Shown piece after piece: positions 29,346-38,654 of a stretch of DNA of 64,000 nt. Made by a program: the position numbers and the translations under genes. Origin of the DNA: Bacteroidales bacterium (lineage in GTDB: Bacteria; Bacteroidota; Bacteroidia; Bacteroidales; UBA4417). Under the pieces are notes generated by a model. The model was not told the origin of the DNA. It was given only the letters and a program-made list of their open reading frames with translations, and did no database searches. Where the stretch lies: NCBI GenBank assembly GCA_030654075.1, contig JAURYB010000091.1:18141-82140 (forward strand). Direction: 5' to 3'. Positions within the stretch are counted from its first letter, which is position 1, and each line of letters opens with the position of its first letter.

Positions 29346-29520
29346 GATAATCTGTTTCTGACATTAATAGGTGGCAGCTCTTATGTTGCCACTTAAAACA
29401 GCTAAAAGTACGCACAAACCGTGAGATAAAATGTTTATTTCTGCTTGCAGATATTGCAATATCATATTGATGGGTTTCAACGCCATATTTGATAATCATA
29501 AAAATTGTCTGCATTAGAAA

Positions 29521-29546
29521 ACAAAAAGAGGCCAAATCAGGCCTCC
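29521..29546 (-). terminator. rho-independent terminator of the leu operon
   Basis: GAGGCC-(6 nt)-GGCCTC with a TTTTT run on the minus strand, about 50 nt past the leuB stop. Confidence 0.7.
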
Positions 29547-29597
29547 TCTGTAATTATGCTTTCAGGAAATTAGTCACGGAGAGATCAGACAATTTTT

Positions 29598-30671
29598 TTA
29601 CATCTGTTTCAACACTTCTTCCCCCATCGCATCGGTACCTAAAATCATATTGGCAGGAGTAGTGCTGTCGGCAATATCCCGGGTACGGAAACCGGCTTTA
29701 AGTACGGCATCAACAGCTTTTATAATGGCTTCAGCTTCGGCTTTCAAACCAAAGGAAATATCTAACATTAATGAAACTGAAAGGATAGAAGCTAAAGGAT
29801 TAGCAACACCTTTGCCTGTAATATCGTGTGCCGACCCATGAATAGGTTCGTAAACGCCAGTTCCGTCGCCGATGGATGCCGAAGCCAGCATTCCCATCGA
29901 GCCGGCTATCTGTGACGCTTCGTCGGTTAAAATATCTCCGAATAAATTCGCAGTTACAACTACATCAAACCGGCGTGGATCTTTGATAAGCATCATGGCT
30001 GCTGAGTCAACAAACATATGCTCTACTTCCACATCAGGATATTCCAGGGCAACTTTCTGAACAACTTCTCTCCACAAGCGACTTGTTTCGAGTACGTTTG
30101 CTTTGTCAACCGAGCATAGTTTATTACGGCGTGTGCGTGCTGCGATAAATGCCTTGTGGGCAATGCGTTCCACTTCGTAGCGGCTGTATTCAGCCACATC
30201 GAAAGCGGTATCGCCGTTATTTTTTCTTCCTTTTTCACCAAAATACAGATCACCGGTCAGTTCCCTGAAAAAGAGAATATCGGCACCTTTTAATATTTCG
30301 GGTTTGATGCTGGATGCGCTCAATAACTCATCGAAAAGTTTAATCGGGCGAATATTGGCATACAATCCTAATTCCTTCCGCATTCTTAGCAAACCTTGTT
30401 CAGGGCGCACTTTTGCCGAAGGATCGTTATCGTATTTCGGGTGACCGACAGCGCCAAACAATACAGCGTCGGATTGTTTCATTTTATCCAACGATTCTTC
30501 AGGTAAAGGATTGCCTGTTGCTTCGATGGCTGCATGGCCGATCAGAGCTTCATCATATGTAAAAGTGTGGTTAAACCGTGCAGCGATTTTATCCAGTACT
30601 TTTTTACCTACCGCGGTTACTTCCTGTCCGATACCATCACCGGGAACAATTAAAATGTGTTTTGATGCCAT
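29598..30671 (-). CDS. leuB: 3-isopropylmalate dehydrogenase
   Basis: 357 aa. ILIVPGDGIGQEV, NLFGDILTDEASQIAGSMGM signature. Confidence 0.95.
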   Translation of the reverse strand: MASKHILIVPGDGIGQEVTAVGKKVLDKIAARFNHTFTYDEALIGHAAIEATGNPLPEESLDKMKQSDAVLFGAVGHPKYDNDPSAKVRPEQGLLRMRKELGLYANIRPIKLFDELLSASSIKPEILKGADILFFRELTGDLYFGEKGRKNNGDTAFDVAEYSRYEVERIAHKAFIAARTRRNKLCSVDKANVLETSRLWREVVQKVALEYPDVEVEHMFVDSAAMMLIKDPRRFDVVVTANLFGDILTDEASQIAGSMGMLASASIGDGTGVYEPIHGSAHDITGKGVANPLASILSVSLMLDISFGLKAEAEAIIKAVDAVLKAGFRTRDIADSTTPANMILGTDAMGEEVLKQM

Positions 30672-30868
30672 GGTTTATTTTGATCTTAATTATGATTCTG
30701 TTTAAAATTATGATTTTTATGATTAAGAAGGGGCGAGGGGCACTTCGGCTCCGCTCAGTGCAGGCTTGCGAGGGGAGAAGACCGAAATTTTACTTTTGGG
30801 CATATGATCTTAACTCGCGGATACTTCCGTCTTCTGACTTCTGACTTCCGACTTCCATCGTCCAGCAC
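30672..30868. repeat. intra-operon spacer filled with heptamer/word arrays and a CTTCGGCTCCGCTCAG core flanked by direct GCGAGGGG repeats
   Basis: TTATGATT words (30689-30727). GCGAGGGG at 30733-30740 and 30768-30775 flanks the core at 30743-30758. GACTTCT/GACTTCC heptamers at 30835-30856. Confidence 0.75.
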
Positions 30869-32392
30869 CTAAATCCCGTTCAGCATTTTTACTGTCGCAA
30901 TTATTGCCGATACAGTCTGGTCACTATCAAGTCCGTGTGTTTTAAATTCTTTAAGGCCGTCGCGCCAAGTTATAATGGATTCGCACAAAGCATCCGACTG
31001 GCCACCGGGTGGAATATGAACTACATAGTCTGTTAACGAAGGCAGTTCGAGAGATTTCTTTTTATAAATCTTTTTCAGGGCATTCATAAAGGCGTCGTAT
31101 TGCCCGTCGCCCTGGGCACCTGCCTCAAAAGTTTCGCCTTTGATATTGATGCGTACGGTTGCTGAAGGCCTCAATCCTTTTGAGTTTGTAAGCACATAAT
31201 TTTCTATATAAACTGTTTCTTCATATGAGCCGCCATCCAGAACATCCGATAGAATGTAAGGCAGATCGGATTGTGAAACTGTTTCTTTTTTATCACCCAG
31301 TTCAATAATTCGCGCAGTCACTTTTTTTAGATCTGCATCCGACAGCTCAATTCCTAACTGTAGGAGGTTGTTTTCGATATTGGCTTTTCCGCTTGTTTTG
31401 CCTAAAGCATATTTCCGCTGACGTCCAAATCGCTCGGGCATCAGGTCATTGAAATAGAGGTTGTTTTTTTTGTCGCCATCTGCATGGATACCCGCGGTTT
31501 GGGTAAATACGTTTTCGCCTACCACCGGCTTATTCATTGGTATACGGAGGCCCGAAAAAGTTTCGATTAACCTGCTGGCAGGGTATAATGATTTTTCAAC
31601 AACCGAAGTTTTAACGTCTTTCACAAAATCATGCAATACGGCTATAGCGCTTGCAAGGGGTGCGTTTCCAGCCCTTTCACCCATTCCGTTTACGGTAAGG
31701 TGTAAACCTTGGATGCCTGCTTTAACGGCCTCAAGTACATTAGCCGTGCCCAGGTCGTAATCATTGTGAGCATGAAAATCGAAATGTATAGCCGGGTATC
31801 GTTTTACGATTGCAGATAAGTATTCGAAGGTTTCGGAAGGAATTAAAATGCCAAGCGTATCAGGCAATAAAATCCTTTTAACAGGTTGTTTTGTAAGAAA
31901 ATCAAGGTACTGAAAAACATATTCGGGCGAATGCCGCATTCCGTTGCTCCAGTCTTCGAGGTACACGTTGCAGGCAATATTGTTTTTCGCAGCAAGGGCA
32001 ATCACTTCAGCTATTTCCTTAAAATGCTGTTCCGGGGTTTTCTTTAATTGATGCGTAAGATGGTTCAATGAACCTTTGGTAAGCAGGTTCATTACCTTGG
32101 CGCCGGTTTCTTTCATCCAGTTCACTGAGGTTTCGCCATCCACAAAAGTGAGTACTTCAATTTTATCAATGAAGCCCTTGCTGCCTGCCCATTCCACAAT
32201 TTTTTTTACTGCCTGAAATTCGCCCTCCGATACGCGTGCTGATGCAACCTCTATCCTGTCGACTTTTACTTCAGTAAGCAGCAACTGGGCAATAGTAAGC
32301 TTTTCGGAAGCTGAAAATGAAACACCGCTGGTTTGTTCACCGTCGCGGAGGGTGGTGTCCATGATTTCAATGTGACGTAATTTACCTGGCAT
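30869..32392 (-). CDS. 2-isopropylmalate synthase / (R)-citramalate synthase family enzyme (LeuA/CimA type with C-terminal regulatory domain)
   Basis: 507 aa. DTTLRDGEQ, HAHNDYDLGTAN, and a C-terminal LeuA-dimer-like domain. It is the only synthase homolog in this operon, so substrate assignment is open. Confidence 0.85.
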   Translation of the reverse strand: MPGKLRHIEIMDTTLRDGEQTSGVSFSASEKLTIAQLLLTEVKVDRIEVASARVSEGEFQAVKKIVEWAGSKGFIDKIEVLTFVDGETSVNWMKETGAKVMNLLTKGSLNHLTHQLKKTPEQHFKEIAEVIALAAKNNIACNVYLEDWSNGMRHSPEYVFQYLDFLTKQPVKRILLPDTLGILIPSETFEYLSAIVKRYPAIHFDFHAHNDYDLGTANVLEAVKAGIQGLHLTVNGMGERAGNAPLASAIAVLHDFVKDVKTSVVEKSLYPASRLIETFSGLRIPMNKPVVGENVFTQTAGIHADGDKKNNLYFNDLMPERFGRQRKYALGKTSGKANIENNLLQLGIELSDADLKKVTARIIELGDKKETVSQSDLPYILSDVLDGGSYEETVYIENYVLTNSKGLRPSATVRINIKGETFEAGAQGDGQYDAFMNALKKIYKKKSLELPSLTDYVVHIPPGGQSDALCESIITWRDGLKEFKTHGLDSDQTVSAIIATVKMLNGI

Positions 32393-32430
32393 AATTGTAT
32401 TGCTTATTAAAAATGTATTCTTCCTGAAGA

Positions 32431-33027
32431 CTAGAGAACCATATGTGTTGCGAATGACTGTATTTCGTTTTTCATCGCCTGCAAATAGTCGACATCATCG
32501 AAGCCATTGAGCATATTGTGTTTCTTATAGCCGTCGATCGCGAAGGTTTCTTTTTCGCCTGTTGCAAGTAAAGTAATGGTTTGATCGGGCAGGTTCACTT
32601 CCAGTTCGGTTTTGGGATCAGCATCAATAGCCTGGTAAATTTTAGCTAAAAATTCGGGACTTACTGTTACAGGAAGAACTCCTATATTGAGTGAATTGTT
32701 TTTAAAAATGTCAGCGAAAAAGCTAGAAACTACACAACGGAATCCATAATCGTAAATAGCCCAGGCTGCATGTTCGCGGCTGCTTCCGCTGCCAAAGTTT
32801 TTACCGCCAACCAGGATTTTTCCTGAGTATTTGGAGTTATTTAAAACAAAATCTGTTTTTGGTGAGCCATCGTTATTGTATCTCCAATCCCTGAAAAGAT
32901 TATCGCCAAAACCCTTTCGCTCTGTAGCTTTCAGGAAACGGGCAGGAATGATCTGATCAGTATCTACATTTTCGATTGAAAGAGGAACTGCTGTACTTTT
33001 TACTATGTTGAATTTATCGTAAGCCAT
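32431..33027 (-). CDS. leuD: 3-isopropylmalate dehydratase small subunit
   Basis: 198 aa. NVDTDQIIPARFL, GGKNFGSGSSREHA. Confidence 0.93.
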   Translation of the reverse strand: MAYDKFNIVKSTAVPLSIENVDTDQIIPARFLKATERKGFGDNLFRDWRYNNDGSPKTDFVLNNSKYSGKILVGGKNFGSGSSREHAAWAIYDYGFRCVVSSFFADIFKNNSLNIGVLPVTVSPEFLAKIYQAIDADPKTELEVNLPDQTITLLATGEKETFAIDGYKKHNMLNGFDDVDYLQAMKNEIQSFATHMVL

Positions 33028-33083
33028 TTTTGTTTGATTTTCTTGATTTAAAACTATTGCCTGATACTTGTTAAACGGATCTC

Positions 33084-34487
33084 TTACAACAAATCTCTAG
33101 GATCAGTTACTACACCTGTAACCGCAGCGGCTGCAGCAACAAACGGGCTTGCCAGCAATGTTCGGCTTCCTGGTCCCTGGCGGCCTTCAAAGTTCCGGTT
33201 GCTGGTACTTACTGCATATTTTCCGGCGGGAACTTTATCATCATTCATAGCCAGGCAAGCCGAACAACCCGGCTGACGCAATTGAAAACCGGCGGCGGTT
33301 ATAATATCAAGAATGCCTTCATCTTTAATCTGCTGTTCAACCACGTGCGATCCGGGAACCAGCCATGCTGTAATGTTATCGGCTTTTTTACGTCCTTTCA
33401 CAATGGATGCAAATGCGCGGAAATCTTCGATACGGCCGTTGGTGCAACTTCCCAGGAAAACATAATCAATTTTCTTGCCAATGAGTTTTTCACCTTCAGC
33501 GAAGCCCATGTAAGCCAATGACTTTTTATAAGAAGCTTCCCCATCTTTTACTGTTGAGGCAAAAGGTATATTTTGGGAGATGCCGGTTCCAAGTCCCGGA
33601 TTTGTGCCGTAAGTAATCTGTGGTTCGATTTCATCGGCACTATAATTTAGTTCCTTATCAAATTGGGCACCTTCATCAGTTTTGAGCGTTTTCCAGTATT
33701 CCAGTGCTGTATCCCAGGCATCTCCTTTTGGGGCTTTTTCTTTTCCTTTCAGGTATGCAAAAGTAGTTTCGTCGGGAGCAATCATACCGCCCCGCGCACC
33801 GCTTTCAATCGAAAGGTTGCAAACTGTCATACGGCCTTCCATGCTCATGTTTTCGAAAACTTCGCCGGCATATTCTACAAAATATCCTGTAGCGCCGCTG
33901 GCCGAAATCTGTGATATGATAAAAAGTGCAACATCTTTGGGTGTAACGCCCTTTCCCAATTTCCCATTCACATTTATGCGCATTTTTTTCGCCTTTGCCT
34001 GCATAATGCATTGAGACGAAAGCACCATCTCAACCTCAGATGTGCCAATTCCAAACGCAATAGCTCCGAAAGCTCCGTGAGTAGAAGTGTGTGAGTCACC
34101 ACAAACAACAGTCATTCCCGGAAGAGTAATTCCATTTTCGGGCCCTACAACATGGACAATACCATTTTTAGGATTGCCTAAACCCCAGTGAGAGATACCG
34201 TGTGCGGCCGCGTTTTCTTCCAATGCTTTTAACTGGTTGGCTGATAAAGGATCTTCAACAGGTAAATGCTGATTAATGGTAGGTGTATTATGATCGGCAG
34301 TTGCAAAGGTCTTTTCAGGAAACATAACCTTCACTCCCCTGTTTTTGAGTCCAAGGAAAGCTACAGGGCTGGTAACTTCATGAATAAAATGCCTGTCGAT
34401 AAAAAATACATCAGGACCATCCGGAATACTTCTTACTACATGGGCATCCCATACTTTATCAAATAATGTTTTAGGCGTATTGTTCAT
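33084..34487 (-). CDS. leuC: 3-isopropylmalate dehydratase large subunit
   Basis: 467 aa. Aconitase-family motifs [26 protein letters not shown]. Confidence 0.95.
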   Translation of the reverse strand: MNNTPKTLFDKVWDAHVVRSIPDGPDVFFIDRHFIHEVTSPVAFLGLKNRGVKVMFPEKTFATADHNTPTINQHLPVEDPLSANQLKALEENAAAHGISHWGLGNPKNGIVHVVGPENGITLPGMTVVCGDSHTSTHGAFGAIAFGIGTSEVEMVLSSQCIMQAKAKKMRINVNGKLGKGVTPKDVALFIISQISASGATGYFVEYAGEVFENMSMEGRMTVCNLSIESGARGGMIAPDETTFAYLKGKEKAPKGDAWDTALEYWKTLKTDEGAQFDKELNYSADEIEPQITYGTNPGLGTGISQNIPFASTVKDGEASYKKSLAYMGFAEGEKLIGKKIDYVFLGSCTNGRIEDFRAFASIVKGRKKADNITAWLVPGSHVVEQQIKDEGILDIITAAGFQLRQPGCSACLAMNDDKVPAGKYAVSTSNRNFEGRQGPGSRTLLASPFVAAAAAVTGVVTDPRDLL

Positions 34488-34852
34488 TTTTGAAAATTTA
34501 AAACTCTGATTGAATTTACTTTAAGAAATGCAAATTTCGGTAAAACAGTCGGGAAATACTGCTGTTTTGATTTTTTTGCCGGATTTTTAGGTGAAATACG
34601 TAAGGATTTTTTGGGTGTTGGTTCAAAAATTGAACCTGTCAGGCTAAGATTTTGATCAGATAATTTTAACAAATCTTAAACAGCCAATTTGAGTTTTTGT
34701 TGTAAAACCTTAACAATTGTGGCTTAAAACCATTTTTTAACGTATTAGCCGTTTTGAAAAATGACTTTTTTCTGCGGTTTTATTTTTTGGGGATATTATC
34801 TGTCCCGCTTCAATATTTTTAGCTTTTAATACTATCGACAATGCAAAATGTA

Positions 34853-34860
34853 TACCTTTG
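34853..34860 (+). promoter_or_regulatory. -7 promoter box TACCTTTG
   Basis: Exact TAnnTTTG, 76 nt upstream of the ATG at 34936. Confidence 0.4.
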
Positions 34861-34935
34861 AAGCCCGTTAGCAATATCAAAAGCTGATAGAGCTATTATA
34901 TAATTTACTTAAAAGATTCAATAAAAATCAATTTT

Positions 34936-35628
34936 ATGAAAAAGTATGCTTTCCTCTTCTTTATGGTTCTGTTTGGGCTTCAGTTTTGTGTTACAGCACA
35001 GGTTAGTATAACTAGTGATGCAACGCCTTTTCATTGGGATTTTCCTCCGGGATATAACAAAGTGGTTTCGGCTGAAAAAGAGAAAGGATTAGAAGGTACG
35101 CCTTGGCTTACGGAATCCTGGGTTCCCGGAACTGTGTTGACAATCAGTGGCACAAAAATCAATGGTCTGAATTATCGGTATAATGTGTACCGGAACCGCT
35201 TGTATTTCCAATTCGACAATAAAGATTATGTAGTTGGCTCACCGGATAGTATCCAGGAATTATTGATGGATAACGGAGTGTTTGTTTATGATGACTCTGA
35301 TCCATCAGAAAAGGTGAATAAACGATTTATGGAAGTTGTTGTTGACGGTAAGGCCAGGCTTTATGTTAATTATTATCCACAAATAATTCCAGCCAATTTT
35401 AATATTATACTCGGGACCGGTAGTCCGAACGAAACTGTTTCCGTTAAAGAAAATTACCTGATAAAAGTTGGAGATGTGATTACTGTAGTCGACAAAAAAG
35501 GTAAACTTATCCCGGTTGCTCTGGGAGATAAGAAGAAGGAAATAACCGAATTTCTCAAAAAAGAGAGAATATCACCAAGGAACCTATCTGATCTTGAAAA
35601 GGTGGTCAGGTATTATAATTCCTTGTAA
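34936..35628 (+). CDS. hypothetical secreted protein
   Basis: 230 aa with a signal peptide. No recognisable catalytic motif. Confidence 0.55.
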   Translation: MKKYAFLFFMVLFGLQFCVTAQVSITSDATPFHWDFPPGYNKVVSAEKEKGLEGTPWLTESWVPGTVLTISGTKINGLNYRYNVYRNRLYFQFDNKDYVVGSPDSIQELLMDNGVFVYDDSDPSEKVNKRFMEVVVDGKARLYVNYYPQIIPANFNIILGTGSPNETVSVKENYLIKVGDVITVVDKKGKLIPVALGDKKKEITEFLKKERISPRNLSDLEKVVRYYNSL

Positions 35629-36206
35629 AACGTAATTGACAGAAATTTTTCGGGAATTAAAGGATTGCAGAAGAGGCTATTTGTTGGCACAAAAAAATAT
35701 AAATATTTTAATTGCAGACAACCAGGCCTTTCGTGACAATCCTTAAATTCCCGTTCCTGTTTTTATTTATGTCTTTATTTACCGGAATATTTTTTATATC
35801 CCACTAATACATTGTATGTTAATGCTTTGCCAAATAGTTTTGTGTTGGTAAAAAAGCTGACGAAATGTTTTAACACAAAATATAGCGGACTGAAAACAGC
35901 ATACAGTGCATTGTAAAAACCGATTTTTCATCTGATGAGTCCATTCATTGGCAATAAAACCAATGAAATATGTATCATTTCAATAATGGAAGGCTTGTAA
36001 AGTGTTTTTGTAATTTTCATACCGTTATATTTTAGTGATAGTTAATAGTTTGTATTCCCTCCGGGGAATTATTTTATTTTGAATCCTTCTGGCTGTAACT
36101 TCAGCTTTAACCGACATCAAATATAACGCATTTGATTAAGAGCAGGACATTTAGTACCTGACAGCGTGCCTTTCCAGCATTGTCAGCTGAAGTCTCAATT
36201 TCGGAA

Positions 36207-36232
36207 TAAAAAAAGAGGCTACAAGAGCCTCT
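36207..36232 (-). terminator. rho-independent terminator of the YceI-family gene
   Basis: AGAGGCT-ACAAG-AGCCTCT with a 7-nt T-run on the minus strand. Confidence 0.75.
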
Positions 36233-36314
36233 CCCTATTTCAAAGTAAAACTTAGTTGCTACTGATCAGATCCTGTAACATTAATCCTGCCATGTAGCTT
36301 TTAGCTTAATTTTC

Positions 36315-36899
36315 TTAGTTCTTAATAAATTCAGCGTTTGCGTCAATCAGTACTTCGTCGCTTACAATAGCTGAAGGTGTGCCGCCACCAATGCCAAAAT
36401 CCGAACGTTTCAGTTGACCTGTGATTTTGAAACCAACAATGTTTTTTTTGCTCATCGGATTTGTTCCGGTTTTAGCTAAAGCTGACAGGGTAACCGGCTT
36501 AGTTACACCGTGCATGGTAAGATTTCCTTTCACTACATAGGTATTAGGCGTTTTTGTCTTCTTGAAAGAAGTACTTTTAAAAGTAAGTGTCGGGAATTGA
36601 GCTACATCAAAGAAATCGGCGCTTTGCAAATGGCCGTCTCTTTTTTCGTTATCCGTATTAATTGAAGCAGCTTCAGCCGTCATTTCAACTACCGCATCGG
36701 TAAAATCATCTTTTGTTGTGGTAAGAGTTACGTTGGCTGTTTTAAAATAGCCCTCAACATCCGAAATCATCATGTGAGTAACGGTGAATCCAACTTTTGC
36801 GTGGTTCTTGTCGTAGGTCCAGGTTGTGCTTGTTACAACGGTAAAGGCAAATAAAATGACTGATATTGCTACGGTAGCAACTAAAGTGAGTTTTTTCAT
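36315..36899 (-). CDS. YceI family periplasmic protein
   Basis: 194 aa. Signal/anchor, KNHAKVGFTVTHMMISDVEGYF and NEKRDGHLQSADFFD motifs. Confidence 0.8.
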   Translation of the reverse strand: MKKLTLVATVAISVILFAFTVVTSTTWTYDKNHAKVGFTVTHMMISDVEGYFKTANVTLTTTKDDFTDAVVEMTAEAASINTDNEKRDGHLQSADFFDVAQFPTLTFKSTSFKKTKTPNTYVVKGNLTMHGVTKPVTLSALAKTGTNPMSKKNIVGFKITGQLKRSDFGIGGGTPSAIVSDEVLIDANAEFIKN

Positions 36900-36944
36900 T
36901 TTCGTCTAATTTTAATGGTTTCTAATTAATCATTTTTGATGATG

Positions 36945-36952
36945 CAAAGGTA
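36945..36952 (-). promoter_or_regulatory. -7 promoter box TACCTTTG for the YceI-family gene
   Basis: Exact TAnnTTTG on the minus strand, 46 nt upstream of the ATG at 36899. Confidence 0.45.
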
Positions 36953-37010
36953 CATCCGGGTTAAAGTCCAAGCGTTACACATTCAGGAAGGAGTGTGGTG
37001 CTTTTAGGAA

Positions 37011-37103
37011 AGATCCCAATCTCAAATTCCAGGAACCAATTCTCGATCAGGTTTGAATAGACGGCTTTGAATTTGAGATCTGGAATTTGGGACTTGGAAT
37101 TTT
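37011..37103. repeat. inverted pair of GGAATTT-type heptamer arrays
   Basis: Left array CCCAATC TCAAATT CCAGGAA CCAATTC; right array GAATTTG AGATCTG GAATTTG GGACTTG GAATTTT. An 11-bp perfect pairing joins ATCTCAAATTC (37018-37028) to GAATTTGAGAT (37069-37079). Confidence 0.75.
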
Positions 37104-37114
37104 AGCACAGTTGA

Positions 37115-38203
37115 TCAGTTGCTGTATACCGGATAATCAGTATATCCTTTTTCGTCAGCGGAGTAGAACAAATCCATTTTGAGGTCTGCCGATAAAGCCT
37201 GGTTGTTTTTAAATCGATCAACCAGGTCAGGATTATTGATAAATGGCCGTCCGAATGCCACAAGATCTCCCAGCCCACTTTCAATATCGGTTTCAGCTTT
37301 GTCAGTATCATATCCGCCGGAGAGGATAATGGTGTTTTTGAAATTTTCCCGGATCTGTTTTTTTAATTCCGATGGAACCGCCGGTGCTCCCATTGCTGAA
37401 TGATCAACTAAATGGATATAAGAAATACCAAGGTTGTTAATTTCTTTTGAGAGGTAATCATAGGTTTTGTCGATTTCAGGATAATGTGGCATATCACTGG
37501 CTACTCCGTATGGTGATAAACGGATACCTGTTTTGTCCTTTCCGATCGCTTCAACTACTGCATGTGCAACTTCGATGACAAAACGACAGCGGTTTTCAAT
37601 ACTTCCGCCATAATTATCAGTCCGGATATTACTAATCGGTGAAAGAAACTGCTCAAGCAGATACCCATTGGCAGCATGAAGTTCAACACCATCGAAACCG
37701 GCTTCAACAGCATTTTTTGCCGCAGCAACAAACTCATTTTTCGTTTCAACCAGGTCAGCGGCTGTCATTGCTTTAGGTATGGGAAAATCCTGCATCTGTT
37801 GTGAATCGGTCCACATTTGTCCTGAAGCTTTAACTGCTGATGGTGCTAGGATTTGAGATCCTTCAGGCATATTTAACTGATGACTTATACGCCCGGTATG
37901 CATCAGCTGAATGAATATTCCCCCCCCGGCTGTATGAACGGCTGATGTTGTTTTTTTCCAGCCTTCAACCTGTTGTTTGTTGAAAATTCCAGGAATGCGT
38001 GCATACCCTAACCCGTTAGGCGAAGGTGAAGTGCCTTCGGTAATAATTAACCCGGCTCCTGAGCGTTGTTTATAATATTCGGCTATAAGGTCATTGGGTA
38101 TGTTTCCTATTGCACGGCAACGGGTCATAGGAGCCATAACAATACGATTTTTTAATTCCAGCGTTCCTGCTATTACAGGAGATAATAATTTATATTCATT
38201 CAT
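37115..38203 (-). CDS. alkene reductase / NADH:flavin oxidoreductase (NemA/OPR-type Old Yellow Enzyme)
   Basis: 362 aa. MAPMTRCRA, HAANGYLLEQFLSPISNIRTDNYGGS, FGRPFINNPDL. Confidence 0.85.
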   Translation of the reverse strand: MNEYKLLSPVIAGTLELKNRIVMAPMTRCRAIGNIPNDLIAEYYKQRSGAGLIITEGTSPSPNGLGYARIPGIFNKQQVEGWKKTTSAVHTAGGGIFIQLMHTGRISHQLNMPEGSQILAPSAVKASGQMWTDSQQMQDFPIPKAMTAADLVETKNEFVAAAKNAVEAGFDGVELHAANGYLLEQFLSPISNIRTDNYGGSIENRCRFVIEVAHAVVEAIGKDKTGIRLSPYGVASDMPHYPEIDKTYDYLSKEINNLGISYIHLVDHSAMGAPAVPSELKKQIRENFKNTIILSGGYDTDKAETDIESGLGDLVAFGRPFINNPDLVDRFKNNQALSADLKMDLFYSADEKGYTDYPVYSN

Positions 38204-38654
38204 GAATTTTGTTTATTTTATTTGTCTGTTACCTAAACAAAAATAAATGCGAAAGGTTTTGCGAAAGCTTTAAAACATTGGATACTTTCAGCGTTTATGA
38301 TTTAACAAATAATCTAAATGCCCAAACAACAGCATTTTAAATACAAATTATCACTTATTGGCAAACCTGTAGAAAACCGGGTTCAAAAGAGTTCGTAAAA
38401 TATTTTCGAAAGCATTAAACAAAATCACCGTTCCAGTTGTTTTAATAAGCCATGCAGTAAATGCAGTATTAAAATCAATTAAATCAATAGTTTGCGAGGC
38501 CTTCTGATATATTCTTTTTACACTGTATTTTCCAGCTTAGTATCCAGGTACAATTATTTTTGTAACTTTTAGCAAGGGATACCGTCCTATACACAACGTA
38601 ACAAAATCAACTTATTTTTAAACCAACCTCGCAAGAGAATCAAAACATAAAAAA

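Noticed and set aside
29450-29463. Perfect 14-bp palindrome GATATTGCAATATC upstream of the DUF1003 gene
   Set aside because: Several spacer-less 7+7 palindromes are expected by chance in 64 kb of AT-rich DNA (about 64000/4^7), and nothing else supports it.
30835-30856. Heptamer and 9-mer arrays considered as CRISPR arrays or as eukaryote-like telomeric/satellite contamination
   Set aside because: The units are 7-9 nt and contiguous, with no 25-40-nt constant repeats or unique spacers, and no cas genes are present. The arrays have 3-6 units and are embedded in normal bacterial intergenic DNA, so they are neither CRISPR nor contamination.
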